Part shown: piece by piece, positions 1 to 8,515 of the stretch | How the letters are laid out: each line of letters begins with the position of its first letter | How positions within the stretch are numbered: the stretch's first letter is position 1 | Origin: Nitrospirota bacterium | Lineage (GTDB): Bacteria > JACPQY01 | Assembly: GCA_016180645.1 (NCBI GenBank) | Contig: JACPAV010000030.1 | Span: 1-39,804, forward strand | Direction: 5' to 3' | DNA length: 39,804 nt | Notes under the pieces: model-generated | What the model was told of the DNA's origin: nothing | What the model saw: only the letters and a program-made list of their open reading frames with translations | Databases searched by the model: none | Program-made: the position numbers and the translations under genes

Positions 1-99
1 TTTCCGCTTCTGTCCCATGATCTCTCCTTCCGTTTCTTGAACCTCGATTCTGCCAAAATCTTGGCTTAACCACCTGTCCAAAAAACGGGGGTAACTTCA
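1..99 (-). mobile_element. Left end of an IS3-family insertion sequence (terminal inverted repeat and first codons of orfA); runs off the window
   Basis: Minus strand from 99 reads TGAAGTTACCCCCGTTTTTTGGACAGG, a TG-starting IS3-type terminus. A GGAG RBS and ATG at 18 follow, giving MGQKRK. The HsdS-like frame begins abruptly at this junction. Confidence 0.75.
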
Positions 100-659
100 C
101 TCACAACACTCCAATCTACACAAAGGAGGGTGTTCCGTTCTTGTCGGTAAAGAATCTGACCAAGGGGTTCATCGACTTTACGGATACGAGATTCATCTCA
201 GTCAAGGATCATGAGTTTCTGACCAGGAGATGCAAACCGCTAAGGGACGACATCCTTTACACGAAGGTCGGCACAACAGGGATAGCTCAGGTCGTTGATG
301 TCGATGATGAGTTCAGTATTTTCGTCAGCGTCGCTCTGCTGAAACCAAAGCACGATGTGGTTTACAACTTGTATCTGGAACACTTTCTCAATGCTCCCTA
401 TGCCAGACAGCAAGCCCAGAAGAGGACACGGGGTATGGCGAATAGGAACCTCGTGATATCGGACATCAAAGAAATCGACATTCACTTCCCTGGAACCTTG
501 GACGAGCAGCGGAGCATCGTCTCCAAACTTGAATCAGTTTCCGCCGAAACCCAGCGCCTCGCCTCCCTCTACGAGCGCAAGCTCGCCGCGCTAGACGAGT
601 TGAAGAAGTCATTGCTGCACCGTGCATTCAATGGAGAATTGACAAAGGACAATGAATAA
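100..659 (+). pseudogene. hsdS: 3' half of type I restriction-modification specificity subunit HsdS, separated from its 5' half by the IS
   Basis: Frame reads HNTPIYTKEGVPFLSVKNL...DDILYTKVGTTG... (TRD) and then the conserved helix LDEQRSIVSKLE...LDELKKSLLHRAFNGEL. Lower GC than neighbours. Lies upstream of hsdR. Confidence 0.88.
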
Positions 660-664
660 TGAAA
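630..664 (+). repeat. Heptamer tandem array, left arm flanking the four-helix-bundle gene
   Basis: AATGGAG AATTGAC AAAGGAC AATGAAT AATGAAA. Overlaps the hsdS end and the next ATG. Confidence 0.85.
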
Positions 665-1018
665 GACGGTCCGCTTCAGACCAAGTCGTTTGCTTTCGCG
701 GTGCGGATTGTGAGCCTGTATAAGTATCTGTGCAACGAGAAGAGGGAATTTGTGCTGTCCAAGCAGTTGTTGCGGTCCGGAACGGCGATTGGCGCATTGG
801 TTCGCGAGGCGGAACAGGCGGAAAGTAAACCGGATTTCATTCACAAGATGGCCATTGCCCTGAAGGAAGCCAACGAGACCGAATATTGGTTGTTGCTTCT
901 TCAGAAGACCGATTGCCTGGAAACGGCGAAATTCCAGTCAATGCGCCAAGATATCCTCGAACTTCTGAAGTTGCTGACCAGCATCATAAAATCGTCGAAG
1001 CAAAACCTGAACGCATGA
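659..1018 (+). CDS. Four-helix-bundle protein (23S rRNA intervening-sequence protein / Avd-like family)
   Basis: 119 aa with the family signature KSFAFAVRIV...LSKQLLRSGTAIGALVREA...AESKPDFIHKMAIALKEANETEYWL. Confidence 0.92.
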   Translation: MKDGPLQTKSFAFAVRIVSLYKYLCNEKREFVLSKQLLRSGTAIGALVREAEQAESKPDFIHKMAIALKEANETEYWLLLLQKTDCLETAKFQSMRQDILELLKLLTSIIKSSKQNLNA

Positions 1019-1023
1019 TCGCT

Positions 1024-1051
1024 GTCCATTTTCAATTGTCCATTATCCATT
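1024..1051 (-). repeat. Heptamer tandem array, right arm, inverted relative to 630-664
   Basis: GTCCATT TTCAATT GTCCATT ATCCATT, whose reverse complements are AATGGAC, AATTGAA, AATGGAC, AATGGAT. Confidence 0.85.
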
Positions 1052-1058
1052 GAAGAAC

Positions 1059-3386
1059 ATGAACGAAGCCGAGACCCGAGCCGAGCATATCGATCCCGCG
1101 CTGAAAGCGGCGGGGTGGGGCGTCGTCGAGGGAAGCCGCATCCGGCGTGAGTACCCGATCACGCTGGGGCGCATCGAAGGTCACGGCAAGCGCGGCAAGC
1201 CGCTCACGGCGGACTACGTTCTGGAGTATCGAAACCACAAGCTGGCCGTGATCGAGGCCAAAGCGTGGGACGAGGAGCTGACCGAAGGCGTGGGGCAAGC
1301 GAAGAACTACGCCGGCAAGATGGCCATCCGCTTCACCTACGCCACCAACGGTCAGGCCATTTACGGCGTTGATATGCAGACCGGCAAGGAAGGAGAGACG
1401 CCGCGCTACCCCACGCCGGACGCGCTCTGGGCGATGACCTTCGCCGAAGCGAACGCCTGGCGCGACCGCTTCGCCGCCGTGCCGTTCGAGGACAAGGGCG
1501 GCTCGCACCCCAGCCGCTACTACCAGGACATCGCCGTCGAGCGGGTGATGGAGGCGATCACTGAGAACCGGCAGCGCATCCTGCTCACGCTCGCCACTGG
1601 AACGGGAAAAACCTTCATCGCGTTTCAGATCGCATGGAAGCTGTTCCACAGTCGCTGGAATCTGGGCCGTGAGCCCTCGCGCCGCCCGCGCATCCTTTTC
1701 CTCGCCGACCGCAACATCCTCGCCGACCAGGCCTATAACGAATTCTCCGCCTTCCCTGAGGACGCGATGGTGCGCATCAAGCCGGAGGACATTCATAAGA
1801 AGGGCAGGGTGCCGAAGAACGGCAGTCTGTTCTTTACGATCTTTCAGACCTTCATGAGCGGCCCGCCGAAGGACGGTAAGCCGTCGCCCTACTTTGGCGA
1901 GTACCCGCCGGACTTCTTCGACTTCATCGTGATCGACGAGTGCCATCGCGGAGGCGCGAACGACGAGAGCAACTGGCGCGGCATCCTCGACTATTTCGCC
2001 CCGGCGGTACAGCTCGGCCTCACCGCCACGCCCAAACGCAAGGACAACGTGGACACCTACGCCTACTTCGGCGACCCGGTTTACATTTACTCGCTCAAGG
2101 ATGGCATCAATGACGGATTCCTCACGCCGTTCAAGGTGAAGCAGATCTCCACGACGCTTGACGAGTACGTTTATGCGCCAGACGACAAACTGATCGAGGG
2201 CGAGATCGAAACCGGCAAGCGCTACACGGAAACCGACTTCAACAAGATCATCGAAATCAAGGAACGCGAAGCGCACCGCGTGAAAGTCTTCATGGAACAG
2301 ATCAACCAGAACGAAAAGACGCTGGTCTTCTGCTCCACGCAGGATCACGCGCTGGCCGTGCGCGACCTCATCAACCAGATGAAGACGAGCAAAGACCCGA
2401 ACTACTGCCAGCGGGTCACGGCCAACGATGGGGAGCTTGGCGATCAGCACCTGCGGGATTTCCAAGACAACGAGAAAACGATCCCCACGATCCTTACGAC
2501 CTCACAGAAACTCTCGACCGGCGTGGACGCGCGAAACATCCGCAACATCGTGCTGATGCGCCCGATCAACACCATGATCGAGTTCAAGCAGATCATCGGG
2601 CGCGGCACGCGGCTCTACGACGGCAAGGACTACTTCACGATCTATGACTTCGTGAAGGCGCATCACCATTTCAGCGACCCGGAGTGGGACGGTGAGCCGA
2701 TCGAGCCGGAGCCCAAAGAGCCGAGGGATGAGCCACATCCGGCGACGCCGCCGGATGAGCTTCATGAGCCGGCGCAAGAATACGTCAGACGCCGGAAGAT
2801 CAAGGTGAAGCTCGCCGACGGCAAGGAGCGCGCCATCCAGCACATGATGGCGACGACTTTCTGGCACCCCGATGGAACGCCCATGTCCGCCCAGCAGTTC
2901 ATGGAGATGCTTTTTGGAAAGCTACCCGAGTTCTTCAAGGATGAGGCCGAACTGCGCACCCTCTGGAGTGCGCCGGAGACGCGGAAGAAGCTTTTGCAGG
3001 GGCTGGCCGAGAGGGGCTTCGGCGGTGAGCAACTGACCGAGATGCAGAGGCTGATCGATGCCGAGAAGAGCGACCTGTTCGACGTGCTCGCCCACGTGGC
3101 CTACGCCTTGCCGCCGATTACCCGTGAAGAACGCGCCGCAAGGGCCAAGGTCGTCATCAGTGCGCATTTCAACAGCAAGCAGCAGATCTTTCTCGACTTC
3201 GTGCTTTCGCACTACGTCAGAGTCGGCGTGGAAGAACTCGATGAGGAAAAGCTCACGCCCTTGTTGCGCCTGAAGTACCACAACTCCATCGCCGACGCCC
3301 TGGCCGATCTGGGAAGAGCGGAGGAGATTGGGCGGGTTTTCGCAGGCTTTCAGAAATACCTGTATCAGCAACAGGCGGCCGCGTGA
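1059..3386 (+). CDS. hsdR: Type I restriction enzyme R subunit (EcoEI/EcoAI-like HsdR)
   Basis: MNEAETRAEHIDPALKAAGW start, nuclease motif ADYVL...IEAK, Walker A ATGTGKT, DECH box, LTATP, QIIGRGTR, EcoEI-type C-terminal region. Confidence 0.95.
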   Translation: MNEAETRAEHIDPALKAAGWGVVEGSRIRREYPITLGRIEGHGKRGKPLTADYVLEYRNHKLAVIEAKAWDEELTEGVGQAKNYAGKMAIRFTYATNGQAIYGVDMQTGKEGETPRYPTPDALWAMTFAEANAWRDRFAAVPFEDKGGSHPSRYYQDIAVERVMEAITENRQRILLTLATGTGKTFIAFQIAWKLFHSRWNLGREPSRRPRILFLADRNILADQAYNEFSAFPEDAMVRIKPEDIHKKGRVPKNGSLFFTIFQTFMSGPPKDGKPSPYFGEYPPDFFDFIVIDECHRGGANDESNWRGILDYFAPAVQLGLTATPKRKDNVDTYAYFGDPVYIYSLKDGINDGFLTPFKVKQISTTLDEYVYAPDDKLIEGEIETGKRYTETDFNKIIEIKEREAHRVKVFMEQINQNEKTLVFCSTQDHALAVRDLINQMKTSKDPNYCQRVTANDGELGDQHLRDFQDNEKTIPTILTTSQKLSTGVDARNIRNIVLMRPINTMIEFKQIIGRGTRLYDGKDYFTIYDFVKAHHHFSDPEWDGEPIEPEPKEPRDEPHPATPPDELHEPAQEYVRRRKIKVKLADGKERAIQHMMATTFWHPDGTPMSAQQFMEMLFGKLPEFFKDEAELRTLWSAPETRKKLLQGLAERGFGGEQLTEMQRLIDAEKSDLFDVLAHVAYALPPITREERAARAKVVISAHFNSKQQIFLDFVLSHYVRVGVEELDEEKLTPLLRLKYHNSIADALADLGRAEEIGRVFAGFQKYLYQQQAAA

Positions 3387-3461
3387 GAGGGATCGGGATA
3401 AGTCGAAGGAGCGTGGCTCAGTTTCGGAAGAAATCGGCAGATCGCGCCTCCTGAAAGGCCG

Positions 3462-3672
3462 CTATTCCAGAAGTCCTCGGGCCGTATTTGCTACCCGTTC
3501 GGCGAGATCCATGGCCTTTTGCGCTTCGGCGGGGGGATTTCCTCCCAGCCGCCTGGGCTGATGTTGGCGCCTGCTCTCCCGCCTCGAATAGGAACTTGGC
3601 TGCCCGGAGGTCGTCCGCTGCGTAGCGGACCCACTCGCCTGCCAGTTTACGCTGCGCGGTCTCGCCTTTCAT
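3462..3672 (-). pseudogene. HEPN-domain toxin remnant (internal deletion plus frameshift)
   Basis: N-terminus WVRYAADDLRAAKFL is HEPN-like. C-terminal pieces PGGWEEIP and EAQKAMDLAERVANTARGLLE* lie in other frames. The central QQAAEK and RxxxxH region is missing. Overlaps the MNT gene end. Confidence 0.65.
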
Positions 3673-3991
3673 AGAGAACCACCCCTTCCTCCAAGGCAGG
3701 CTTGAGGATCGTCCCCACCTTGTCTCCGAATTCTTCGACGTCCTCAGGCGTGAAGACTACGAGGTCTTTGGGCACGGGGATGTCGGTCAGCGCCGCTCCG
3801 ATTTGGACGGCCGCTTCGCGCCGCGTCGTGCTGACGGGCATGATAACGAGGAGGTCTACATCGCTGTCCGGTCCGGCTTCACCCCGCGCGTGTGAACCGA
3901 AAAGAACGATCTTATCCGGGTCAAACCGGTCCACAACCGTGGTTACAATCCGTTCAATTCGACCATGCAGCGACTCGGGTGGCGAGATCAT
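3647..3991 (-). CDS. Minimal nucleotidyltransferase (MNT) antitoxin
   Basis: LFGSHARGEAGPDSDVDLLV motif; C-terminal EGVVLYE. Confidence 0.9.
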   Translation of the reverse strand: MISPPESLHGRIERIVTTVVDRFDPDKIVLFGSHARGEAGPDSDVDLLVIMPVSTTRREAAVQIGAALTDIPVPKDLVVFTPEDVEEFGDKVGTILKPALEEGVVLYERRDRAA

Positions 3992-4085
3992 CCTTCAAAC
4001 CCTACCAAGATGCTTCGGAGATTGAAAGTCCTGCACCCTTCCGGTGGGAGGTGTCTTCCCGGTGCATTTGGGGCAGTATTGGCAC

Positions 4086-4784
4086 ATGCCGATCCGTGTA
4101 ACTGCGCAGGTGGTGGTCAAGGAACTGATCGACGGCTGTTTCGAGGTCCGCCTCAATCGGCCGGAGAAGAGGAATGCGCTGTCGATCGAGGTCAGGGAAG
4201 AGGCTGCGGAAGTGTTCCAGAGGTTGGCGGAGGACGAGGCGTGCACGGCCGTCGTGCTTTCGGGAGAAGGGCCGGCGTTCTGCGCGGGAATGGATTTCAC
4301 GCAGTTCGGGGGGGGGCCGGGAAACAAGGTTCGGCTCTTGGAGTCCACTCAAGCTCTTTTTACGAGTCTGCTCGGATTTCCCAAGCCGATCATCGCGGCC
4401 GTACACGGAGCAGCAGTGGGTGGCGGATTTGCATTGGCGTTGACGTGTGACGTGCGGATCGCATCGGAGGGCGCCTTTTTCGGGTTCTTCGAAGTGAAGC
4501 GTGGGATTCCGGCGTTCTTCGATCTCGTCAGGCTTTTCGTGGGTGAGGAGGTGGCGCGGGATTGGTGTACCACGGGCCGTCGGATCGAGGCGGCGGAACT
4601 TCTGCGGTTGGGAGTCGTAAAGCGAATGGCGCCGCAGGGCAGCCTGATGGATGAAGCCATCCGGGAAGCCGGCGAGACCCGCGCGAGGGGACTGCCTCCT
4701 GGAATCGTCAGCGTCTTCGCGGAGGAGCATTTGCGCTTCCGGAATGCTTTGTTTCCGGGGGAGTACATGGGCAAGGGAATCTAG
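4086..4784 (+). CDS. Enoyl-CoA hydratase/isomerase family protein
   Basis: LNRPEKRNAL, FCAGMD, PKPIIAAVHGAAVGGGFALALTCDVRIA. Start uncertain. Confidence 0.9.
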   Translation: MPIRVTAQVVVKELIDGCFEVRLNRPEKRNALSIEVREEAAEVFQRLAEDEACTAVVLSGEGPAFCAGMDFTQFGGGPGNKVRLLESTQALFTSLLGFPKPIIAAVHGAAVGGGFALALTCDVRIASEGAFFGFFEVKRGIPAFFDLVRLFVGEEVARDWCTTGRRIEAAELLRLGVVKRMAPQGSLMDEAIREAGETRARGLPPGIVSVFAEEHLRFRNALFPGEYMGKGI

Positions 4785-4803
4785 GCTCTGTTTGAAAACG
4801 TAT

Positions 4804-4827
4804 CGCGGACCCTAAAGGGCCCGCTAC
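4804..4827 (-). repeat. GTAG-type REP palindrome
   Basis: Reverse complement GTAGCGGGCCCTTTAGGGTCCGCG. Confidence 0.65.
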
Positions 4828-5005
4828 GGACGAACGTTTCTTGGTCTGCAGCGGAGCCTCGCTGCCGCCCGGCTCCGAATGAGTTCGGAGGGGAGGGATG
4901 TCTTGGTAGTCGCACCCCCATGCCGAGGACGGTATGGGGCCATGAGATGTCGCCGTGCCACGGTTGGCACGGCATGTAACATGGCCTTTAGGGTGCGTCT
5001 TCGGA

Positions 5006-5028
5006 CGCAGGCTGAAGCCTGCGGCTAC
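5006..5028 (-). repeat. GTAG-type REP palindrome
   Basis: Reverse complement GTAGCCGCAGGCTTCAGCCTGCG; near-identical copies at 7006 and 7046. Confidence 0.8.
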
Positions 5029-5086
5029 CGGTCCAGCGCGTTTTCAAACAGAGCCTAGTCCGGGCTGAGGGGGTACGCCGGCTGAT

Positions 5087-5114
5087 TTGACTTTTCGGAG
5101 GGGGGGAGTATTAT
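5087..5114 (+). promoter_or_regulatory. Candidate sigma70-type promoter for the RRM-helicase unit
   Basis: TTGACT-N16-TATTAT in a GC-rich background, about 165 nt upstream of ATG 5279. Confidence 0.5.
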
Positions 5115-5278
5115 AGGCGCCAGTTTGATTTCGAACGGGGACTCAAATCCATCACGGGTAGATTCAAACAACGTGGCTTCCGGCGACACTCTTCCCCGCC
5201 TAGGCAAGCGCGCAACAAGATTTGGGAGAGTGTGATCGCCCGCCGTGGGGAAGCCCCGAGCGGGTGGAAGGAGGCCAC

Positions 5279-5605
5279 ATGGCCACGAAATTGTACGTTG
5301 GTGGGTTGTCGTTCGACACCACAACCGAAGAGCTCCGCAGCTTCTTTGAATCTGCAGGCAGCGTTCAGTCCGTCAATATCATCACCGATCGCATGACCGG
5401 CCGCTCCCGCGGTTTCGGTTTCGTCGAGATGGGGACGGAAGAGGAAGCGAAAGCCGCCATTTCCAAGTTCAACGGGCAGACGCTCGGCGACCGTACCATC
5501 ACGGTGAATGAAGCGCGTCCCCAGGCCCCGCGTCCCGGCGGTGGTGGGGGTGGTGGCGGCGGTGGTAACCGTCGTCCAGGCGGCAGACCCCGCCAGCGCT
5601 GGTAA
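5279..5605 (+). CDS. RRM (RNP-1) RNA-binding protein with glycine-rich tail
   Basis: RNP2 KLYVGGL, RNP1 RGFGFVEM, ITVNEARP, poly-Gly tail; GGAGG RBS. Confidence 0.95.
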   Translation: MATKLYVGGLSFDTTTEELRSFFESAGSVQSVNIITDRMTGRSRGFGFVEMGTEEEAKAAISKFNGQTLGDRTITVNEARPQAPRPGGGGGGGGGGNRRPGGRPRQRW

Positions 5606-5607
5606 AG

Positions 5608-6981
5608 GTGCCGGATCCCTACACGATTGGGGGAGGCCCCCCGGCGGGACGGAGTCCGTCCACGAGCGGTGATCCTCATCCCCTGGACGTGCGCACTGCT
5701 TCCCCCTCCGCTGCGCCTGCTGCGGAGGCCGGGAAGGGTGGGAGTGAAACCCCGCCCGTCGCGTTCAAAGATTTCGGCTTGAATCCGGACCTCCTCGGGG
5801 GCATTGACAGCCTCCGATGGGATACGCCTACTCCGGTTCAGCTGAAAGCGATCCCTCCGGCGATGGAGGGGCGGGACTTGATTGCCTCGGCGCAGACGGG
5901 AACGGGCAAGACCGCGGCGTTCCTGCTCCCGATGTTTCACCGGTTGATGGCCCGTCCGCGCGGCAAGATCCGCGCCTTGATTCTGACTCCCACGCGAGAG
6001 CTGGCGGTACAAATCGACGAGCAGGCGATGGCCTTGGGCTTCTTCACTCAGGTGAATGCGGCGGCCGTGTACGGCGGGGTGAGCATGTATCCGCAGGAGC
6101 AGGCCCTCAAGTCGGGCGTGGACATCATCGTTGCCACGCCAGGCCGGCTGCTCGATCACCTCGGCCAGGGGTATGTGTCGCTCGACTCGGTGGAGATCCT
6201 GGTCCTGGACGAAGCCGATCGGATGCTGGACATGGGGTTCCTCCCGGACATCACTCGGATTCTCGATCGCCTTCCCTCGAAACTACAGACTCTACTTTTC
6301 TCGGCGACGCTGCCGCCCCAACTGGTTCAACTTATCCGCCATCGGCTTAACGATCCACTGACCATCCGCATCGGGAAGGAACTCCCGGCCAAGGGAGTTC
6401 GGCAGTTCGTCTGCCATGTGTCGGTGAAGGCGAAGGCGCGACTTCTCCACGGCCTGCTCCGGCGCGAAGCGATGAACTCCGTCCTGGTGTTCGCGCGGAT
6501 GAAAATCGGGGCGGATCGGCTGTCGCGACAATTGGCCCAGCGGGGAGTCCATGTGGGTGTTCTGCACGGGGGCAAGGATCAAGCCGAGCGGGAACGGACG
6601 TTGAGGGATTTCAGGAATGGCACGTACCGGGTGCTGGTGGCTACGGATGTGGCCTCCCGCGGGCTGGACGTGGAGGGCATCTCGCATGTCATCAACTACG
6701 ATGTACCCCGTGCCCCCGAGGACTACGTGCATCGTGTGGGAAGGACGGCCCGGGTCGAGCAGCTCGGAGATGCGATCACCCTCTGTTCGCCGGAGGAATC
6801 GAAATATCTTGCGGACATCGAGCGTTTCATCGGCGGCAAGGTCCCTGTCATGGAGCTTCCCGGTTTCCAGGATCACGGCGGAAACGGATCAGCCACTGTG
6901 GAAGATCGATCCCGGCACGGGAATCGGCGCCGCCACCGTCACCATTCGCAGGGCCACCCCGGCCACGCCCCGGCCCAGTAG
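5608..6981 (+). CDS. DEAD-box RNA helicase (RhlE-like)
   Basis: Q motif PTPVQ, AQTGTGKT, PTRELA, TPGRL, DEAD, SAT, HRVGRTAR. Confidence 0.95.
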   Translation: MPDPYTIGGGPPAGRSPSTSGDPHPLDVRTASPSAAPAAEAGKGGSETPPVAFKDFGLNPDLLGGIDSLRWDTPTPVQLKAIPPAMEGRDLIASAQTGTGKTAAFLLPMFHRLMARPRGKIRALILTPTRELAVQIDEQAMALGFFTQVNAAAVYGGVSMYPQEQALKSGVDIIVATPGRLLDHLGQGYVSLDSVEILVLDEADRMLDMGFLPDITRILDRLPSKLQTLLFSATLPPQLVQLIRHRLNDPLTIRIGKELPAKGVRQFVCHVSVKAKARLLHGLLRREAMNSVLVFARMKIGADRLSRQLAQRGVHVGVLHGGKDQAERERTLRDFRNGTYRVLVATDVASRGLDVEGISHVINYDVPRAPEDYVHRVGRTARVEQLGDAITLCSPEESKYLADIERFIGGKVPVMELPGFQDHGGNGSATVEDRSRHGNRRRHRHHSQGHPGHAPAQ

Positions 6982-7005
6982 GGCGATACTCCCTCGAACT
7001 TCCGG

Positions 7006-7068
7006 CGCGGGCTGAAGCCCGCGGCTACCTAAGATGCCATCCGAGGTAGGCGCAGGCTTCAGCCTGCG
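7006..7068. repeat. Inverted pair of GTAG-type REP palindromes
   Basis: CGCGGGCTGAAGCCCGCGGCTAC (7006-7028) and GTAGGCGCAGGCTTCAGCCTGCG (7046-7068). Confidence 0.8.
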
Positions 7069-7203
7069 GCCTTTCCTGTTGAGGATTCATCGGGTTGCAA
7101 TTTCCTCGGGCTTGTGAGAAACGGCCTCTCTGGCACCTAGTCGGCTCCTTTCCCGGTGATGTGCCGGGAAGGAAGCAGGCGGTTCGGCCAAAGGAGGCAA
7201 TCC

Positions 7204-8400
7204 ATGGCGCTCGATTTTTCACTCGCGGAAGAGCACAAAATGATTCAACAGGCGGTGGACGACCTGTTCAAACGGTTCGCGCCCCGTCGCGACGAATTTC
7301 GCAAGATGCTCCTCAAGGAGAAGAAGTTTCCACAGGAGCTCTGGATGGCCATCGCCGATGCCGGCCTCATCGGGAGCCTTATCCCCACGGAATACGGTGG
7401 AAGCGGAATGGGCCTGCTGGCCTTGACGATCGCCTCCGAGAGAATGGCTGCCCACGGGTTTGGGAACGCGATGATCGTTCTCACCGCCATGGATTCGCTG
7501 TGCATCCTGCGAAACGGCACCGAAGACATGAAGCGAAAGTTCCTTCCCGAAGTGGCCAAGGGAAAAATAAAGTTTTGTTTCGCCCTCACCGAGCCGGACG
7601 CGGGGAGCAACACCTTCCGGCTCAAGACCACGGCAAAGAAGAACGGGAAGGGATATCTCTTGAACGGCTCTAAGACGTTCATTACCGGGGTGGATGTGGC
7701 CGACTACATGCTCACGGCGGCGCGAACGACCTCGATCGACGAGGCCCAGAAAAAAGGGCTGCCGAAGGCCTACGGCATCTCCCTGTTCGTGCTGCCCACC
7801 AAGTCAAAGGGCATCGAACTTCAGATCATTCCCACCCACGGGATCGAGGGAATGAACCAGTTCACGATCTACTTCGACAACGTGGAGGTCCCCGCCGAAA
7901 ACATGGTCGGCCAGGAGAACCTGGGGATGATGGCGTTGTTCAATTCGCTGAACCCCGAGCGGATTCTCGCCTCCGCGACGGCGGTCGGCATGTCGGATTA
8001 CGTAATCAAGAAGGCGGTGGAGTATTCACGCGATAGAAAGGTTTTCAAAGACAGGCCCATCGGCGAGTATCAGGGGCTCCAGCATCCCCTGGCCGAATGC
8101 AAGATTGAAGTCGAAGCGGCGAGACTCCTGATGTACAAGGCGGCGTGGGCTTTCGATCAGGGTTTGGACCCGGCGGAAGTGGGGACGATTGCCAACATGG
8201 CGAAGTACATGGCCGCGGAAACGGCAATCAAGGCGGTAGACCGATCCATCCAGACGCATGGCGGCTATGGGTTCTCGGAGGATTACGGGGTCATCTGGTA
8301 TTGGTCCGCCGCCCGGCTGCTTCGCACCGCACCCATCAGCAAGGAGATGATCCTCAACTACGTGAGCGAGCACGTGCTGGGGATGCCGAGATCCTACTGA
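7204..8400 (+). CDS. Acyl-CoA dehydrogenase
   Basis: IPTEYGGSG, FALTEPDAGSN, LNGSKTFITG, QTHGGYGF; AGGAGG RBS. Confidence 0.95.
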   Translation: MALDFSLAEEHKMIQQAVDDLFKRFAPRRDEFRKMLLKEKKFPQELWMAIADAGLIGSLIPTEYGGSGMGLLALTIASERMAAHGFGNAMIVLTAMDSLCILRNGTEDMKRKFLPEVAKGKIKFCFALTEPDAGSNTFRLKTTAKKNGKGYLLNGSKTFITGVDVADYMLTAARTTSIDEAQKKGLPKAYGISLFVLPTKSKGIELQIIPTHGIEGMNQFTIYFDNVEVPAENMVGQENLGMMALFNSLNPERILASATAVGMSDYVIKKAVEYSRDRKVFKDRPIGEYQGLQHPLAECKIEVEAARLLMYKAAWAFDQGLDPAEVGTIANMAKYMAAETAIKAVDRSIQTHGGYGFSEDYGVIWYWSAARLLRTAPISKEMILNYVSEHVLGMPRSY

Positions 8401-8406
8401 AGTAGC

Positions 8407-8510
8407 TGTCAGCGATCAGCCGTCAGCGATCGGCTTCAAAAGCGGGATTGGGAAGCAAGACGGAAGTTTTCTTCGAGGCTGAAAGCTGACCGCTGGAAGC
8501 TGAGAGCTGC
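8407..8510. repeat. Inverted pair of heptamer arrays with a short non-coding spacer, between convergent genes
   Basis: TGTCAGC GATCAGC CGTCAGC GATCGGC ... GCTGAAA GCTGACC GCTGGAA GCTGAGA. Confidence 0.85.
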
Positions 8511-8515
8511 TTTCC

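Larger units (their letters stand above)
4781..5058. mobile_element. Non-autonomous miniature inverted-repeat element (MITE) with IS5-like ends
   Basis: Perfect 20-bp inverted repeat CTAGGCTCTGTTTGAAAACG (4781-4800) / CGTTTTCAAACAGAGCCTAG (5039-5058). CTAG at both ends fits a target duplication. No transposase ORF inside. Confidence 0.8.

Noticed and set aside
659-1018. Diversity-generating retroelement (Avd-like gene plus RT fragment at 24838)
   Set aside because: No DGR reverse transcriptase and no TR/VR pair with adenine-specific mismatches seen. The RT-related fragment is attached to group II intron DV/DVI and lies 24 kb away.
1032-2465. 477-aa minus-strand ORF, and similar long antisense ORFs at 11516-12745, 20259-21800, 36809-38065 and 38395-39660
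   Set aside because: Shadow frames of well-supported genes in GC-rich DNA; no recognisable motifs.
5537-5566. GGT/GGC trinucleotide run
   Set aside because: Encodes the ordinary glycine tail of the RRM protein.
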